This document shows, in pieces, positions 55,601 through 64,000 of a stretch of DNA of 64,000 nucleotides; positions within the stretch are counted from its first letter, which is position 1, and each line of letters begins with the position of its first letter. The position numbers and the translations under genes were made by a program. The stretch lies in NCBI GenBank assembly GCA_963788395.1, contig CAWBGV010000031.1, positions 7,116-71,115 on the forward strand. The letters are read 5' to 3'. The stretch is from Candidatus Doudnabacteria bacterium. Its GTDB lineage: Bacteria > Patescibacteriota > Doudnabacteria > UBA920. Under the pieces are notes generated by a model that was not told where the DNA came from, searched no databases, and saw only the letters and a program-made list of their open reading frames with translations.

Positions 55601-56305
55601 CGTACCACCAATATTCCGCTCAATCTAAGCACAGAAGAATGGAATTTTTACAATCAGATGAATATTTATCGGGCATCAATGGGCTTAAAGCCTTTACAGA
55701 TATCTATTGCTATGGAAAATGCTGCTCACTGGATGGCCAATGACATGGCCACTAAAAATTATTTTAGTTATAACGACAGTCTCGGAACTTCAAGCGCTCG
55801 TTATTCCGCGTTTGGGTATCCATATAGCAACGTGTCTGAATTTTTAAGCACCTCAACCCTTCAAAGCGGAATGAATCATGAGAATGAAGTAATATCCGGC
55901 TGTTATCCCAACTCCAGCGGTAACTGCACGTATGTAGGTTTAAGTTATTTACAGACTACCAGATACAATGTTATGGGAATTGGAGAGTGGTATAACCCAA
56001 CTACCTCCCAATGGGATTGGGTAATGGATTTTGGCATTTTTGTTGACCAAACATTTGTTCCTACCCCTCCGCAAGTGACAATTTCAAATTTTACCGCAGT
56101 ACCAAGGACTATTACCTCGGGACAGCAGGCAGCATTGGTCTGGCAGCTTAACGGAGCCACGAACGCAAGCATAGATAATGGGATTGGTGACGTTTCAAAT
56201 ACAACCTATAAGTATATTTCTCCTACACAAACTACTACTTATACGCTCACGGCTACAAACTCCGCCAGTAGTGCCACAGCTAAGATAACCATAACTGTAA
56301 ACTAA
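52604..56305 (+). CDS. Membrane-anchored/secreted multidomain protein (1233 aa): Ig-like, long Pro/Thr linkers, HLDG/YRSDVG module, FN3 repeats, one CAP/SCP domain
   Basis: N-terminal anchor [20 protein letters not shown]3-like [22 protein letters not shown]...YNYQVRAFD and [23 protein letters not shown]...YYVEASN. CAP domain [49 protein letters not shown]...YNVMGIGEW. Confidence 0.85.
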   Translation: MKKSLFGPLGLVLTAAFSLVVCIYIGSQTSQTLSYLDSNTASSGLALSTQSLSLEQGIVHGIHYGSVLGLSTIAQTTGVSITAPASGAVISGLVGVDASAYGFTPISSGASSGVTLQVDSKTPLQMTVYSRGTNTSGYDVSFKVSSYSLANGPHTLTVTAIGPSQSYTASETVYVGTAPTPTPTVTPTPTPTSIPTITPTPTPKPTATPTPTPTPTTVPTPTPTTTVTPTPTAVPTPTPQGSLVTPWKTLSTNILGTGAYDYNSGYSFTVLQSGQVTQVSLRTADTSAHTVRLYSSNGIVLASTTLTSIPNTWVTASIVPITLNQGQTYTIAERLTSGGVQRYYYEHTSFPQTIGNIKINSSVYIYASNNIPVYTNTTYMYGQADIGFVSGVVPTPIPTPTPIPTVTPTPTPTVTPTPTTTPSPTPTPTPTPTPTPTPTPTPTPTPTPTVTPTPTPTPTPTPTDTDPTGHLDGVKTDGTVYGWSQDPDNTSVANNVDIYIDKNAGTAGATPLVRVLANQYRSDVGNHAFNYVLPSNYFDGLTHQAWVWGVDLTDTTGAHNSQLPGSPLSFSLPAPTPTPTPTPTPSPTPTAVPTPTPTPTPTPTPTPTPTPTPTPTPTPTPTPTPTPTPTPVTGAPVINFFTASASTVNLGYYSTLSWNTTGSNTTTITSTGILTNLANNAGTLGSYGSTNQYPSQTTTYILTASNNLGTVTAQLTVTVIQPSVPDTQPPTVPTKLSVSTNYSTSQSYLMWQPSTDNYLVAGYQIYRNGNLLATVDGQTGYYFDTTTAPSNNYNYQVRAFDSAANFSALSNPAYLTVPPQVIFFTASQSASIILGQSVTLSWQVIGIPPGSIYLEDGQVDTFPDITNLNSLTIKPQITTTYYLFTTFNGANNVQALQVVVNPDTVPPTTPVLSAQATNWNQVSLSWTPSTDSIGINAYYVYRNRSLLTTVNSSVTSYIDTNLNAIPNTTDTYYVEASNIDGLHSNSNAVTVTIPAPAVTRTTNIPLNLSTEEWNFYNQMNIYRASMGLKPLQISIAMENAAHWMANDMATKNYFSYNDSLGTSSARYSAFGYPYSNVSEFLSTSTLQSGMNHENEVISGCYPNSSGNCTYVGLSYLQTTRYNVMGIGEWYNPTTSQWDWVMDFGIFVDQTFVPTPPQVTISNFTAVPRTITSGQQAALVWQLNGATNASIDNGIGDVSNTTYKYISPTQTTTYTLTATNSASSATAKITITVN
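54383..54495 (+). repeat. Perfect tandem repeat, 30-bp unit x ~3.5 (encodes [10 protein letters not shown] linker)
   Basis: The unit tccaacacctacgcctacaccaactcccac occurs at 54391-54420, 54421-54450 and 54451-54480, all identical, plus a partial copy at 54481-54495. Confidence 0.9.
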
Positions 56306-56314
56306 TAATAAGGC

Positions 56315-57900
56315 ATGCCCAAACACTCCCTCTACTCTACCTTAGGCCTCTCAGCCTTAGCGGTAGTAGTCTCCATAACCATAGGCCCCAAACCTCCCAA
56401 ACCCTGTCATATATGGATGGACTTTCTTCGCTGCCTCAGATATTGGCTATCTCTTCCCATGCCCTTGGCTTAGAGCAGGGGAGCCTGCATCTATAGTTCT
56501 GTCCTGGGTATAGAGACCATAGCCCAAACCATGGGAGTAACCATAACCTACCCAACAGCTTCCTCTGTCATCACAGGGACTAGTGGGTGTTTCATGCCTT
56601 AGCCAGTGGCTTTACCCCGATTAGCATCGCCAACTGCCAGCGGAATTACCCTCCAGGTAGATCGTAAAGTACCCGCGGTTATGTACCGGTACTCGGTAAC
56701 CTCAACCAGCACAAACTACAGTACTAATTTCTCTGTCAGTAACTACGGATTAGCCAATGGTCCCCATACCCTAACCGTTACAGCCATAGGACCTCCCAAA
56801 ACTATACAGCTCAAGAGACTGTCTACGTAGGGACTGGGCCTACCCCAACACCCAAGCCAACTATCACCCCAACTGCCACCCCTACTCCAACGCCAACTAT
56901 CACCCCAACACCTACTCCTACTCCAACGCCGACTCCCACGGTAACCCCATCCATGACCCCTACCCCTACTCCAACCTCCAACTATCACTCCTACTCCTAC
57001 ACCTACCATTACACCAACTCCTACCTCCACGGTAACCCCCACTCCAACTCCCATAGCTACCCCCACTATTACTGCCAGCTCCACTCCCGTTCTGAGCTTA
57101 ACCAGTACTGGCAGCGCTATCAATTTGGTCTGGACCTCCGCCTAATACCACGACTCCTGTTACCAACTACACGGTTTACCGGGATTTTTATGGACATGGA
57201 TATATTGGCTATTGACATCACCCAGGACTGAATTTACAGACAGTTAGTGAACCCAAACACCATTTACAGCTACTATGTAGTGGCCAATTTAAGCAATGGG
57301 ACTAAATTCCAGGGAACACCGATATCTATTAACTCTACTCCTCCTACTTCTGCCCCAATCATAATTCGTTTACCACCAGCTCATCATCAGTCGGCCTTGG
57401 ACAAATATTGTATTAAGTTGGAAGGTTTCCAATGCTGATTCCATAACTATAGACTCCGGAGTCGGTGACGTTGGTTCAATCGCAACCGATTCAATTACAA
57501 TCTATACCTAACCAGACCACCACTTATACCTTAACCGCCAGCAATTCTTTAGGGCAAAAGACATCCCAGGTTAGGTTACTGTCAATGGTTCTACTGCTAA
57601 TGGCATACCAATTAGTTCTTGCAGAAGTATTACCATACCAGGAAGTTATATCGTGCCTTCCAATTTAACGGGAACTCCTACCGCCTCCGGTGGCTGTATT
57701 AACGTTATAAATACCAATAATGTTCAGTTAGACTGCCAGGGTCATACCATAAACTCCAATGGGGAAATTGGAGTTAATGTTAATAATGCCCAGAACTTTA
57801 CCATGAAGAATTGCACAGTGGTTGACTATGGTAATTACGAAGTTCCGCTGGTTATGAATGGAGTTAGCAGCAGCACCGTTTCGAGCAATAGTTTTGGCGA
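56315..57900 (+). pseudogene. Decayed 5' two-thirds of a paralog of the 52604-56305 gene (signal/anchor, Ig-like, PT linker, FN3, start of beta-helix) with many frameshifts and stops
   Basis: Nucleotide-level parallels with 52604 onward include ataggc..caaacctcccaaaccctgtc and ttagccaatggtccccataccctaaccgttacagccatagga. The fragments MPKHSLYSTLGLSALAVVV..., [11 protein letters not shown]..., SVLGIETIAQTMGVTITYP..., SGITLQVDRKVP...[17 protein letters not shown], (TP)n, [15 protein letters not shown] and CINVINTNNVQLDCQGHTINSNGEIGVNV lie in different frames. The ORF track shows only 60-100-aa pieces. Confidence 0.75.
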
Positions 57901-59306
57901 GCTGCAAAGTAATAAAGATTATAGCAATCAATATTGGAAACTCGAATCACGTCACTTTGTCTAGTAATACTTTCGACGTCGAGCTTGCTATGGGAAACTC
58001 AAGCAATATGCTTTTAACCGCTAATCAGTCGGCCTGCCCAGTTTTAAAAACCTTTACCACCTCCAACTGGCTGGATTATACTTGTAGTGAGAATTTTGAC
58101 GACGTTGATGGAACTAATAACGCGATTACAAACAATACAATTGACGGACGAGGTGGTTATAATTTCGCCTTGCTGGGATCATTTGGCTTTTATGGATCTG
58201 ATGACGGCATAGTTACTAATGGGGATGTCAACATACAAATTAGCGGTAATAATATCAAAAATGTTTGGGACGCCGGTATTGAGTTCACTGGTAAAAATCA
58301 GACCAATGTCGGGACCAATAATATACAGGGTTCGTCTCCCGGGATGCCAGCAATTAACCCCATTGCCTGTTATGAGCAATACGTACCTGATCCGAATGGA
58401 ATTAATGTTCCTTGTATTTATACCGGTGGTACTAACGTTCATGGAAGTCAGTATTTATGGTACCCCGGTGAACCGATTCAGGCTTATATGAATTTTAAGG
58501 CTACCGTTAACCCTGCCTTCGCCGGGCAACCAGTGTCTATAGTAGCCGTATTGACTCCTTCAACAGTGACCGGCTCAGTCTATTATGATGATGGAAGTCA
58601 TTTGTTGGGAACCGCGATTATACATAATGGGACCGCAACTTTTACCACGACGTCTCTTAGCGTGGGCAATCATTTAATTGATGGTGGCTATGAAGGGAAT
58701 AGTAATTATTTGAGTTTTGGAGCCGGGCAAATAAGTGAAATTATCAACCAGGTAGGAGCGAAGTCAGATATAACTTCTCCCACAATACCAGATCATATCG
58801 TTCAAAACTCAGCTTTTAACGTCGGCAGCGTAAGTTTTTATTGGGGTGTATCAAGCGACCCGATAGTTCCAGGCTACATTACCAGCGGCCTCGCAGGGTA
58901 TAATATCTATAGGAACGGCATTATGATTGCCACCGCCGGCCCAACCAGCATCTTTTACAACGACACGGCTGCCAATATGCATTCAACTACTTATGTCTAT
59001 ACCATGAGTGCTTATGATCAGGCGGGAAATACATCCGCGCTGTCTCAAAAATTCATCGTCACAACCGCTCCTCCTCTTTCGACCAAATTTACTGTGGGAC
59101 AAAGGGTTCAGGTTACGGCGAAAGTCAATGTATATAGCGGCGCAACCGTAGTTGGAACTGAGGCAAAAGGCGCTCTTGGCGCCATAACTTTTTCACCTGA
59201 ATATAGTATTCAAAATGGCACAGCTTATTATAAAACCTGGGGCGTAACCTTCGATAATAATATTAAAGGCTGGGTTGTGGAAGATAACCTGGCAGCCTAT
59301 CCCTAA
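57858..59306 (+). CDS. Open 3' part of the same gene: parallel beta-helix repeats, Ig-like, FN3 and a C-terminal SH3-like domain (482-aa ORF)
   Basis: Beta-helix-type repeats NIGNSNHVTLSSNTF, ITNNTIDG, IQISGNNIKNVWDAGIEFTG and TNNIQGS. FN3-like SFYWGVSSDP...GYNIYRNG...YVYTMSAYD. The first ~25 codons overlap the previous frame, so an independent start is doubtful. Confidence 0.55.
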   Translation: MELAAAPFRAIVLASCKVIKIIAINIGNSNHVTLSSNTFDVELAMGNSSNMLLTANQSACPVLKTFTTSNWLDYTCSENFDDVDGTNNAITNNTIDGRGGYNFALLGSFGFYGSDDGIVTNGDVNIQISGNNIKNVWDAGIEFTGKNQTNVGTNNIQGSSPGMPAINPIACYEQYVPDPNGINVPCIYTGGTNVHGSQYLWYPGEPIQAYMNFKATVNPAFAGQPVSIVAVLTPSTVTGSVYYDDGSHLLGTAIIHNGTATFTTTSLSVGNHLIDGGYEGNSNYLSFGAGQISEIINQVGAKSDITSPTIPDHIVQNSAFNVGSVSFYWGVSSDPIVPGYITSGLAGYNIYRNGIMIATAGPTSIFYNDTAANMHSTTYVYTMSAYDQAGNTSALSQKFIVTTAPPLSTKFTVGQRVQVTAKVNVYSGATVVGTEAKGALGAITFSPEYSIQNGTAYYKTWGVTFDNNIKGWVVEDNLAAYP

Positions 59307-59320
59307 ATAATCTAGAATTT

Positions 59321-59350
59321 AAAACCCCTCTTGACACAGAGGGGTTTTAA
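59321..59350 (+). terminator. Rho-independent terminator
   Basis: aaacccctc-ttgacaca-gaggggtttt. Confidence 0.65.
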
Positions 59351-59418
59351 AATTAGCAATTATGATATAATACAGATGTAAAATTTTTGGAATTTACAAA
59401 TTATTAAATTTAATTTCT

Positions 59419-61245
59419 ATGTTTAAAATCGCGTTTAGGGTTTTTTTGACCTCGGGAGCTTTATTGGCCGCTATTTTTTTTACTATTTTGGGCTCGCCGC
59501 ATAAGGCTGCGGCTTATGCCACTCTGCCTCCGCCGGTGGTTACTATTATCGCGCCAGTGGCCAGTTCCACTGTTTCTGGAAGCGTGCAAATTTCCGCGCA
59601 AGTAGTTTCTAGTAGCCCTATCGCGTCAATTCAATACCAAATCGACTCTACGGTCATTGCCGGAAACTCCACTACCACTACTTGGGACACTACGGTTTTT
59701 AGTAACGGCAACCACACTATTACAGTGACCGCTACCGACACCAATGGCGGCCAGGATAATGCTAGCGAAGTAGTGTTGGTCTATAACCCGCCTCAGCCAA
59801 CCCCAATAGTTACACCGTCACCCCTCCCCGGTTCCTCAGTTAATTTACTTAACATAGATACTACCACTCAGGGTAACTGGCAACCAATCTATGGCGCGGA
59901 TGGGGAAATTATGGCCGGTGATGCCACTCATTTGCCCGCCTATGTGGGAGTAGTAGTTAATGGTCCGGAATATACCTGGGCTAGTTCCACTACAGACATT
60001 CGGGCGCTCCAAAAATTCAATAAACCCACTGACCGTATTGCCGCGACTTGGTACTCGACTACTACCCAGTTTACTATAAATTTAAATTTTAAAGACCAGA
60101 ACGTTCACACCGTTGCGGCTTACTTTTTGGATTATGACAGCACGGCGCGCGATGAAATTGTCAGTTTTCAGGACCCGGTTTCGCACCAAACGCTCGATGC
60201 TCACACCGTTTCCGGTTTTAATGGTGGTACGTACTATGTTTGGAATATCCGCGGACCGGTTATTATGACGCTCTATAAAATACTTGGAGCTAATCCGGTG
60301 GTCAGCGCTTTATTTTTTGGCGGACCGCCCCCGCCAGGAATAAACTTTTTCTCCGCTAAACCGGCGACTATTACGGCGGGACAGCCGGTTACGCTTTCTT
60401 GGAATACTACCGGCGCTACCGCCTTAAGCATAGATAACGGGGTGGGTACTGTTACTGGACTAACTTCCAAAATAGTTTATCCTACCGTCAATACTACCTA
60501 TACTCTGACAGCGACTAATAGCGGCGGCATTTCAACCAGTACTGCCGCGGTCATGGTCAAGCCAAATCCTCAAGGCCCTACCTCGCCCATATTAACTTCT
60601 GCTGTCGCCGCAAGCCCGACTGAGGTGGATTTAGCTTGGATGGCTAGCAGTGATAAATTAGGCATTAGTGGTTATAAGATTGTCCGGAATGGTACCGTTA
60701 TTAATTTAGTCGCTTTCCCTACCTTAAATTACATTGATACAACAGTGAGCGCCAGCACGACCTATGCCTACACTATTGAAGCCTACGACAGCGGCGGCAA
60801 TATTTCCGCCGATAGCAACGCCCTGCAAGTTACTACTCCGGCCTTGCCGACTGTAGGCTATTGCCCGGGTCCGGCTACCAATGCCTTTACCGGCTGTTAT
60901 TACAACAACTCGACCTTAACCGGTAACCGGGCCTTAGTGAGGACGGACAGTGCCATAAATTTTAATTGGAGAAATACTTCCCCAAGCCCTTTAATTACGT
61001 CTCCGGCAAATTTTTCTGCCCGTTGGCAGGGAAATTTTAGTTTTACTGGCGGAACTCAGATCTTCTATGCTGTGACATCTGATGGAATGAGAATATATAT
61101 AGACGGCAGTTTGGTTTTGGATAGCTGGCGCATTCAGCCCCCCTATGAGTACCGAATTGTTGAAAACTTAGCCCAAGGCACTCACCTGATAACTGTGGAG
61201 TACTTTAACACCGGCAGTAGCGCGACTGCAGAGCTGAGTTGGTAG
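59419..61245 (+). CDS. Secreted protein (608 aa) with Ig-like, unknown central, Ig-like/FN3 and C-terminal PA14 domains
   Basis: Signal peptide FLTSGALLAAIFFTILGSPHKAAAYA. Ig-like VTIIAPVASSTVSGSVQISAQV...NGNHTITVTATD. FN3-like VDLAWMASSDKLGISGYKIVRNG...YAYTIEAYD. PA14-like GCYYNNSTLTG...FSARWQGNFSF..GTQIFYAVTSDGMRIYIDGSLVLDSW...GTHLITVEYFN (about 60890-61242). An extended -10 (TGaTATAAT) lies at 59363-59371. Confidence 0.85.
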   Translation: MFKIAFRVFLTSGALLAAIFFTILGSPHKAAAYATLPPPVVTIIAPVASSTVSGSVQISAQVVSSSPIASIQYQIDSTVIAGNSTTTTWDTTVFSNGNHTITVTATDTNGGQDNASEVVLVYNPPQPTPIVTPSPLPGSSVNLLNIDTTTQGNWQPIYGADGEIMAGDATHLPAYVGVVVNGPEYTWASSTTDIRALQKFNKPTDRIAATWYSTTTQFTINLNFKDQNVHTVAAYFLDYDSTARDEIVSFQDPVSHQTLDAHTVSGFNGGTYYVWNIRGPVIMTLYKILGANPVVSALFFGGPPPPGINFFSAKPATITAGQPVTLSWNTTGATALSIDNGVGTVTGLTSKIVYPTVNTTYTLTATNSGGISTSTAAVMVKPNPQGPTSPILTSAVAASPTEVDLAWMASSDKLGISGYKIVRNGTVINLVAFPTLNYIDTTVSASTTYAYTIEAYDSGGNISADSNALQVTTPALPTVGYCPGPATNAFTGCYYNNSTLTGNRALVRTDSAINFNWRNTSPSPLITSPANFSARWQGNFSFTGGTQIFYAVTSDGMRIYIDGSLVLDSWRIQPPYEYRIVENLAQGTHLITVEYFNTGSSATAELSW

Positions 61246-61247
61246 CT

Positions 61248-61790
61248 ATGTACTATACAATCCTTCTGGTGTTTCTTATACTCTTTCTGTTATTTACGCT
61301 GCTGGTACTGTTTGTGATTACCAGCGCGTTGATAGGTTTTTTGTTAACCCGCGTGCCATTTGTACCGACCAGTAAAAAGGATGTTGAATTTTTGGTTAGC
61401 AAAATCGGAATTTCTAGTAAGGATTATTTTTTCGATTTAGGCAGCGGCGACGGTAAGGTTGTGTTTTTGGTTGAGCGGTTAAGCGGGGCCCGAACGCGCG
61501 GGTTTGAACTGACCTGGTGGACATATTTGTTGGCTAAACTCAAAAAGTTATTTAAAGGCTCGAAAGCGGAACTTGTAAACCGGAATTTTTTTCGTCAGGA
61601 TTGGAGCCAAGCTACCGTCATCTACGGCTATTTGTACCCGCCGTTGATGCGGGGAGTAGAGGAGAAATTTTTGCAGGATTGCAAACCCGGCACGTTAGCG
61701 GTTATTCGGGATTTTCCTTTGCCGACGCTTAAACCCCTAGAAGTTTTTTATCGGCCTAAGAATCACGAAATTTACGTCTACAAAAAATAA
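61248..61790 (+). CDS. Class I SAM-dependent methyltransferase with N-terminal TM segment
   Basis: Motif I FFDLGSGDGKVVF and N-terminal sequence ILLVFLILFLLFTLLVLFVITSALIGFLL. ATG 61248 is preferred over TTG 61239. Confidence 0.7.
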   Translation: MYYTILLVFLILFLLFTLLVLFVITSALIGFLLTRVPFVPTSKKDVEFLVSKIGISSKDYFFDLGSGDGKVVFLVERLSGARTRGFELTWWTYLLAKLKKLFKGSKAELVNRNFFRQDWSQATVIYGYLYPPLMRGVEEKFLQDCKPGTLAVIRDFPLPTLKPLEVFYRPKNHEIYVYKK

Positions 61791-61832
61791 TATTAATACA
61801 CTGTGGATAATTTTCCACAAAGTAATATCTAA

Positions 61833-61860
61833 ATAAGGCTTTTATAAGCCTTATTTTTTA
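61833..61860 (+). terminator. Rho-independent terminator
   Basis: ataaggctt-ttat-aagccttat followed by ttttt. Confidence 0.6.
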
Positions 61861-61886
61861 ATATATATAATATTGTAGAAAAAAAC

Positions 61887-61914
61887 TTGACAAAGTTTTG
61901 TAGGGGTATATGAT
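61887..61914 (+). promoter_or_regulatory. Near-consensus sigma70 promoter (TTGACA-N16-TATGAT)
   Basis: -35 at 61887-61892 and -10 at 61909-61914. It is followed by ~270 nt without any ORF. Confidence 0.5.
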
Positions 61915-61920
61915 GTAAAC

Positions 61921-62160
61921 AGATAACCTAAACGGAGGGTAATCTCAAACAAGTTCACCTCGGTGAACGTTAGATCAGAACAAGATTTCAAGGGGAAAAA
62001 TTATGGTTTAAGGAAATAGGCCACGCGGTAAGATCAAGGTTTTGTCCCCGGCAGCCGGAGACTTCTACGCTTCGCGTAACCCTTTATCTCTCACCCTTTC
62101 CCCTAACTAAACCATAAATCTCTCCCCCGTTATTCTTCCTCTCTGATCTTCTTCTTTTGT
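61921..62160 (+). ncRNA. Candidate structured RNA: small hairpin plus ~176-nt imperfect rod (6S-RNA-like architecture), or a long structured 5' UTR of the TrmB-like gene
   Basis: Hairpin gttcacc-tcg-gtgaac (about 61953-61970). The rod is closed by gatcag (61973-61978) pairing with ctgatc (62143-62148). It has a perfect internal 10-bp helix (ttatggttta at 62001-62010 with taaaccataa at 62108-62117), acgcg/cgcgt pairs, an apex ccgg-cag-ccgg (62048-62058), and asymmetric internal loops. Confidence 0.3.
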
Positions 62161-62188
62161 GCAAATCTAATGGTAGTAGAATATTTTT

Positions 62189-62938
62189 ATGGATATTAGG
62201 GCACTATTAAAAAATTTCGGTCTAAACGATAAAGAAACGGCTGTGTACGTCACACTGGTTGAGCTGGGGCCGTCTCCGGTCCGGACGATTGCCGCTAAGT
62301 CTAAAGTCAATCGTGGTACGACGTATGATATTTTGAAAGCACTGCGCGATCAAGGATTGGTTAATTTTTATAATACTAAGTCACACCAGTATTTTAATGC
62401 TGAACCGCCGGATAAGTTATTGGCAGCATTGGAAGAAAAACAAGAAGCCTTGCGTCAGGTTCAAGAGGACATCGAACAGAATTTACCAGAACTAAAGAGT
62501 GTGTTCGAAAAGCAGGGCGGTAAGCCGGTAGTCAAACTGTATGAAGGTATCAAAGGGATTAAGGCTATCTTGCTGGATGTTTTAGACACTATGGCCGCTA
62601 GCGCGGAAAAGATGTATTATGTGTATTCTTCGGCCACGGTTCGTAAAGATGTTTATTTGGCCATGCCGGATTTTAGCAAGCAGCGAATTAAGCGGGGAAT
62701 TAAGGTTAAAACTATTGCTTTTGGTGAAGGCGGCACGGTAGTGGGTTTGGACGAACGCAAATGGATGCCGTTGCCCGGTAATAAAAACCCCAAAGCTACC
62801 TACGAGATTATGTATGCCGGCAAAGTCGCGCACATCAGTCTGGACAACGCCGAAAACCCGGTCGGCGTAGTCATTCAAAACCAAGAAATTTACGAAACGC
62901 AAAAAATGATTTTTGAATTTACCTGGAAACAAATTTAA
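62189..62938 (+). CDS. TrmB-family transcriptional regulator
   Basis: N-terminal winged HTH LNDKETAVYVTLVELGPSPVRTIAAKSKVNRGTTYDILKALRDQGLV, a coiled-coil linker, and a C-terminal effector-like domain. Confidence 0.75.
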   Translation: MDIRALLKNFGLNDKETAVYVTLVELGPSPVRTIAAKSKVNRGTTYDILKALRDQGLVNFYNTKSHQYFNAEPPDKLLAALEEKQEALRQVQEDIEQNLPELKSVFEKQGGKPVVKLYEGIKGIKAILLDVLDTMAASAEKMYYVYSSATVRKDVYLAMPDFSKQRIKRGIKVKTIAFGEGGTVVGLDERKWMPLPGNKNPKATYEIMYAGKVAHISLDNAENPVGVVIQNQEIYETQKMIFEFTWKQI

Positions 62939-62998
62939 GTTCTAGGTAAGTTCTACAATCCTTTTTGGGTTGTGGCAATATAAACGGAGGTATTCAAA

Positions 62999-63805
62999 GT
63001 GTCTCAGCGAGTTGGTTGTATTATTCCCGCAGCAGGGTATGGTTCTGTCTGTCCGATCCGATCATCTTCAAAAGTTGTGGAAGAAACCGAAGGTGATTTG
63101 ATGATTGCGCGAGTGGTTACGATAGTAAAACAAGCTGAAGTGGTAGGTTCAATTGTAGTCGTTATTGGCGGCCCTAAAAATCCCTACAGCGCACAAGTCC
63201 GTGAAGCGCTTAGGTTAGCCGGCCATACCGATGTTACATTTGCTGTCCAACCGGAGCGGTTGGGAGCTGCGGACGCCGTATTGAGAGGTCTTTGCCACCT
63301 GCAGGATGAACCATCTATTCTTGTTACTCTTGGTGATATGCCGGCCTGGCGTCCTGCGACAATTCGGCGATTAGTAGAGACGCACCTGCTTGACGAACAA
63401 GCGACTATCAGTATGGTTACTGTCCGGCCTCCTCTGGGCGACCCGATTGAACAGTACGGCCGGATTGCGCGCGACGAACGTGGTGAAATCTTGGCTGCTT
63501 TTGAACCCGACGAGTTTGAAAGAAGGCAGCTCACCGGAGTTAAGACCGTCAATCCGTCGTTGTATGTTTTTCGTCGACAATGGTTTGAAGCAAATGTGAA
63601 TAAAATTAAGCCGGTTAGTAAAGATGGCTATTCGGCAGAACTGCACTTACCCAAACTGTTGCCAATCGCCCACGAACAGAAAGCAAAAATTCTGGAGGTT
63701 AGACTTGAGGATTACAATGAGGCTCGGGGAGTGAATAATCTTAAGGAGCTTGCGATTGTCCGAGAAATTTTGCGCCTTCGCAACGGTAACCACCAACAAA
63801 TCTAA
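62999..63805 (+). CDS. Nucleotidyltransferase (GlmU/MobA-like NTP-transferase fold)
   Basis: GTG start with a GGAGG SD 8 nt upstream. Motifs IIPAAGYGS..., QPERLGAADAV and LVTLGDMP. Confidence 0.65.
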   Translation: MSQRVGCIIPAAGYGSVCPIRSSSKVVEETEGDLMIARVVTIVKQAEVVGSIVVVIGGPKNPYSAQVREALRLAGHTDVTFAVQPERLGAADAVLRGLCHLQDEPSILVTLGDMPAWRPATIRRLVETHLLDEQATISMVTVRPPLGDPIEQYGRIARDERGEILAAFEPDEFERRQLTGVKTVNPSLYVFRRQWFEANVNKIKPVSKDGYSAELHLPKLLPIAHEQKAKILEVRLEDYNEARGVNNLKELAIVREILRLRNGNHQQI

Positions 63806-63822
63806 CTACAAAGGAGTGAATT

Positions 63823-64000
63823 ATGTTTAATGAAAATAGGCCCGCATCAACTTTTTTTATCAGCTCATGGTTGAGGAGACATCGACCCGAGGTTCCCCTC
63901 GTCTATCTGTTATATTCTGAAAAACCAGGAAAAGAGTTACTTGCCTGTGGCATGGTCCACGGTTGGCAGGTGGGACAGGATGGTGAAATATCCAATTTTG
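63823..64000 (+). CDS. Hypothetical protein, 5' part only (runs off the window)
   Basis: ATG 63823 with an AAGGAG SD 6 nt upstream. The frame stays open to the window end (MFNENRPASTFFISSWLRRHRPEVPLVYLLYSEKPGKELLACGMVHGWQVGQDGEISNF). Confidence 0.4.
   Translation, partial: MFNENRPASTFFISSWLRRHRPEVPLVYLLYSEKPGKELLACGMVHGWQVGQDGEISNF

Noticed and set aside
48490-61245. A diversity-generating retroelement or other hypervariation system acting on the surface-protein island
   Set aside because: No reverse transcriptase ORF, no template/variable repeat pair with A-specific mismatches, and no C-type-lectin-fold target terminus was seen in the window.

Overview
This 64-kb window looks like a chromosomal segment of a Patescibacteria/CPR-like bacterium. 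That placement is an inference from four things: a type IV pilus locus, giant surface proteins, intron-bearing unlinked rRNA genes, and mostly Shine-Dalgarno-less starts. The genetic code is standard; TAA, TAG and TGA all act as stops.

Gene order:
- 1-14.2 kb: galU fragment, a frameshifted solute-binding lipoprotein, small membrane proteins, a CAP/SCP-domain protein, a 1339-aa surface protein, convergent guaB/guaA separated by a ~155-bp inverted repeat, a frameshifted metallophosphoesterase, and a Met-rich lipoprotein divergent from an ECF-type sigma factor.
- 14.3-15.0 kb: tRNA-Ala(UGC) and tRNA-Ile(GAU) on the minus strand, far from the rRNA genes.
- 15.2-30.6 kb: a complete type IV pilus locus. 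It contains pilM/N/O, pilB, a receiver-like ORF, pilT, pilC, the major pilin, a pilin-like ORF, an O-antigen-ligase-like/TPR protein, pilD, and three minor pilins. It ends with a frameshifted PilX-like/DUF2341/LamG protein.
- 30.7-41.5 kb: a polyamine cluster (aguB, aguA, deoxyhypusine-synthase-like), a LysM protein, ligA interrupted by an in-frame TAA, two large polytopic membrane proteins, and a Kir-type channel with a non-canonical filter.
- 41.6-48.3 kb: a consensus promoter and structured leader, then a ~5.2-kb 23S rRNA and a 5S rRNA, with no 16S. The 23S carries two group I introns (one with a LAGLIDADG gene) and several rod-like expansion segments.
- 48.5-61.2 kb: an island of secreted proteins with Pro/Thr linkers and CAP, Ig-like, FN3, beta-helix and PA14 modules, including a heavily frameshifted paralog.
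- 61.2-64.0 kb: a methyltransferase, a promoter-driven ~230-nt structured non-coding region (6S-like rod), a TrmB-like regulator, a nucleotidyltransferase and a partial ORF.

No CRISPR array, transposase, integrase, reverse transcriptase or recognisable defence system was seen.

The most unusual signals:
- Families of hairpins built from tandem 7-9-nt units that recur both in intergenic or stable-RNA leader regions and inside the 23S rRNA.
- The CAP-domain surface-protein island.
- The pilus-linked lectin-like protein.
- Several reading-frame disruptions. Four are 1-nt homopolymer indels, one is a nonsense codon in ligA, and one paralog is heavily decayed. All need read-level verification.

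All homology calls come from motif recognition by eye. RNA ends are approximate (about +/-10 nt).
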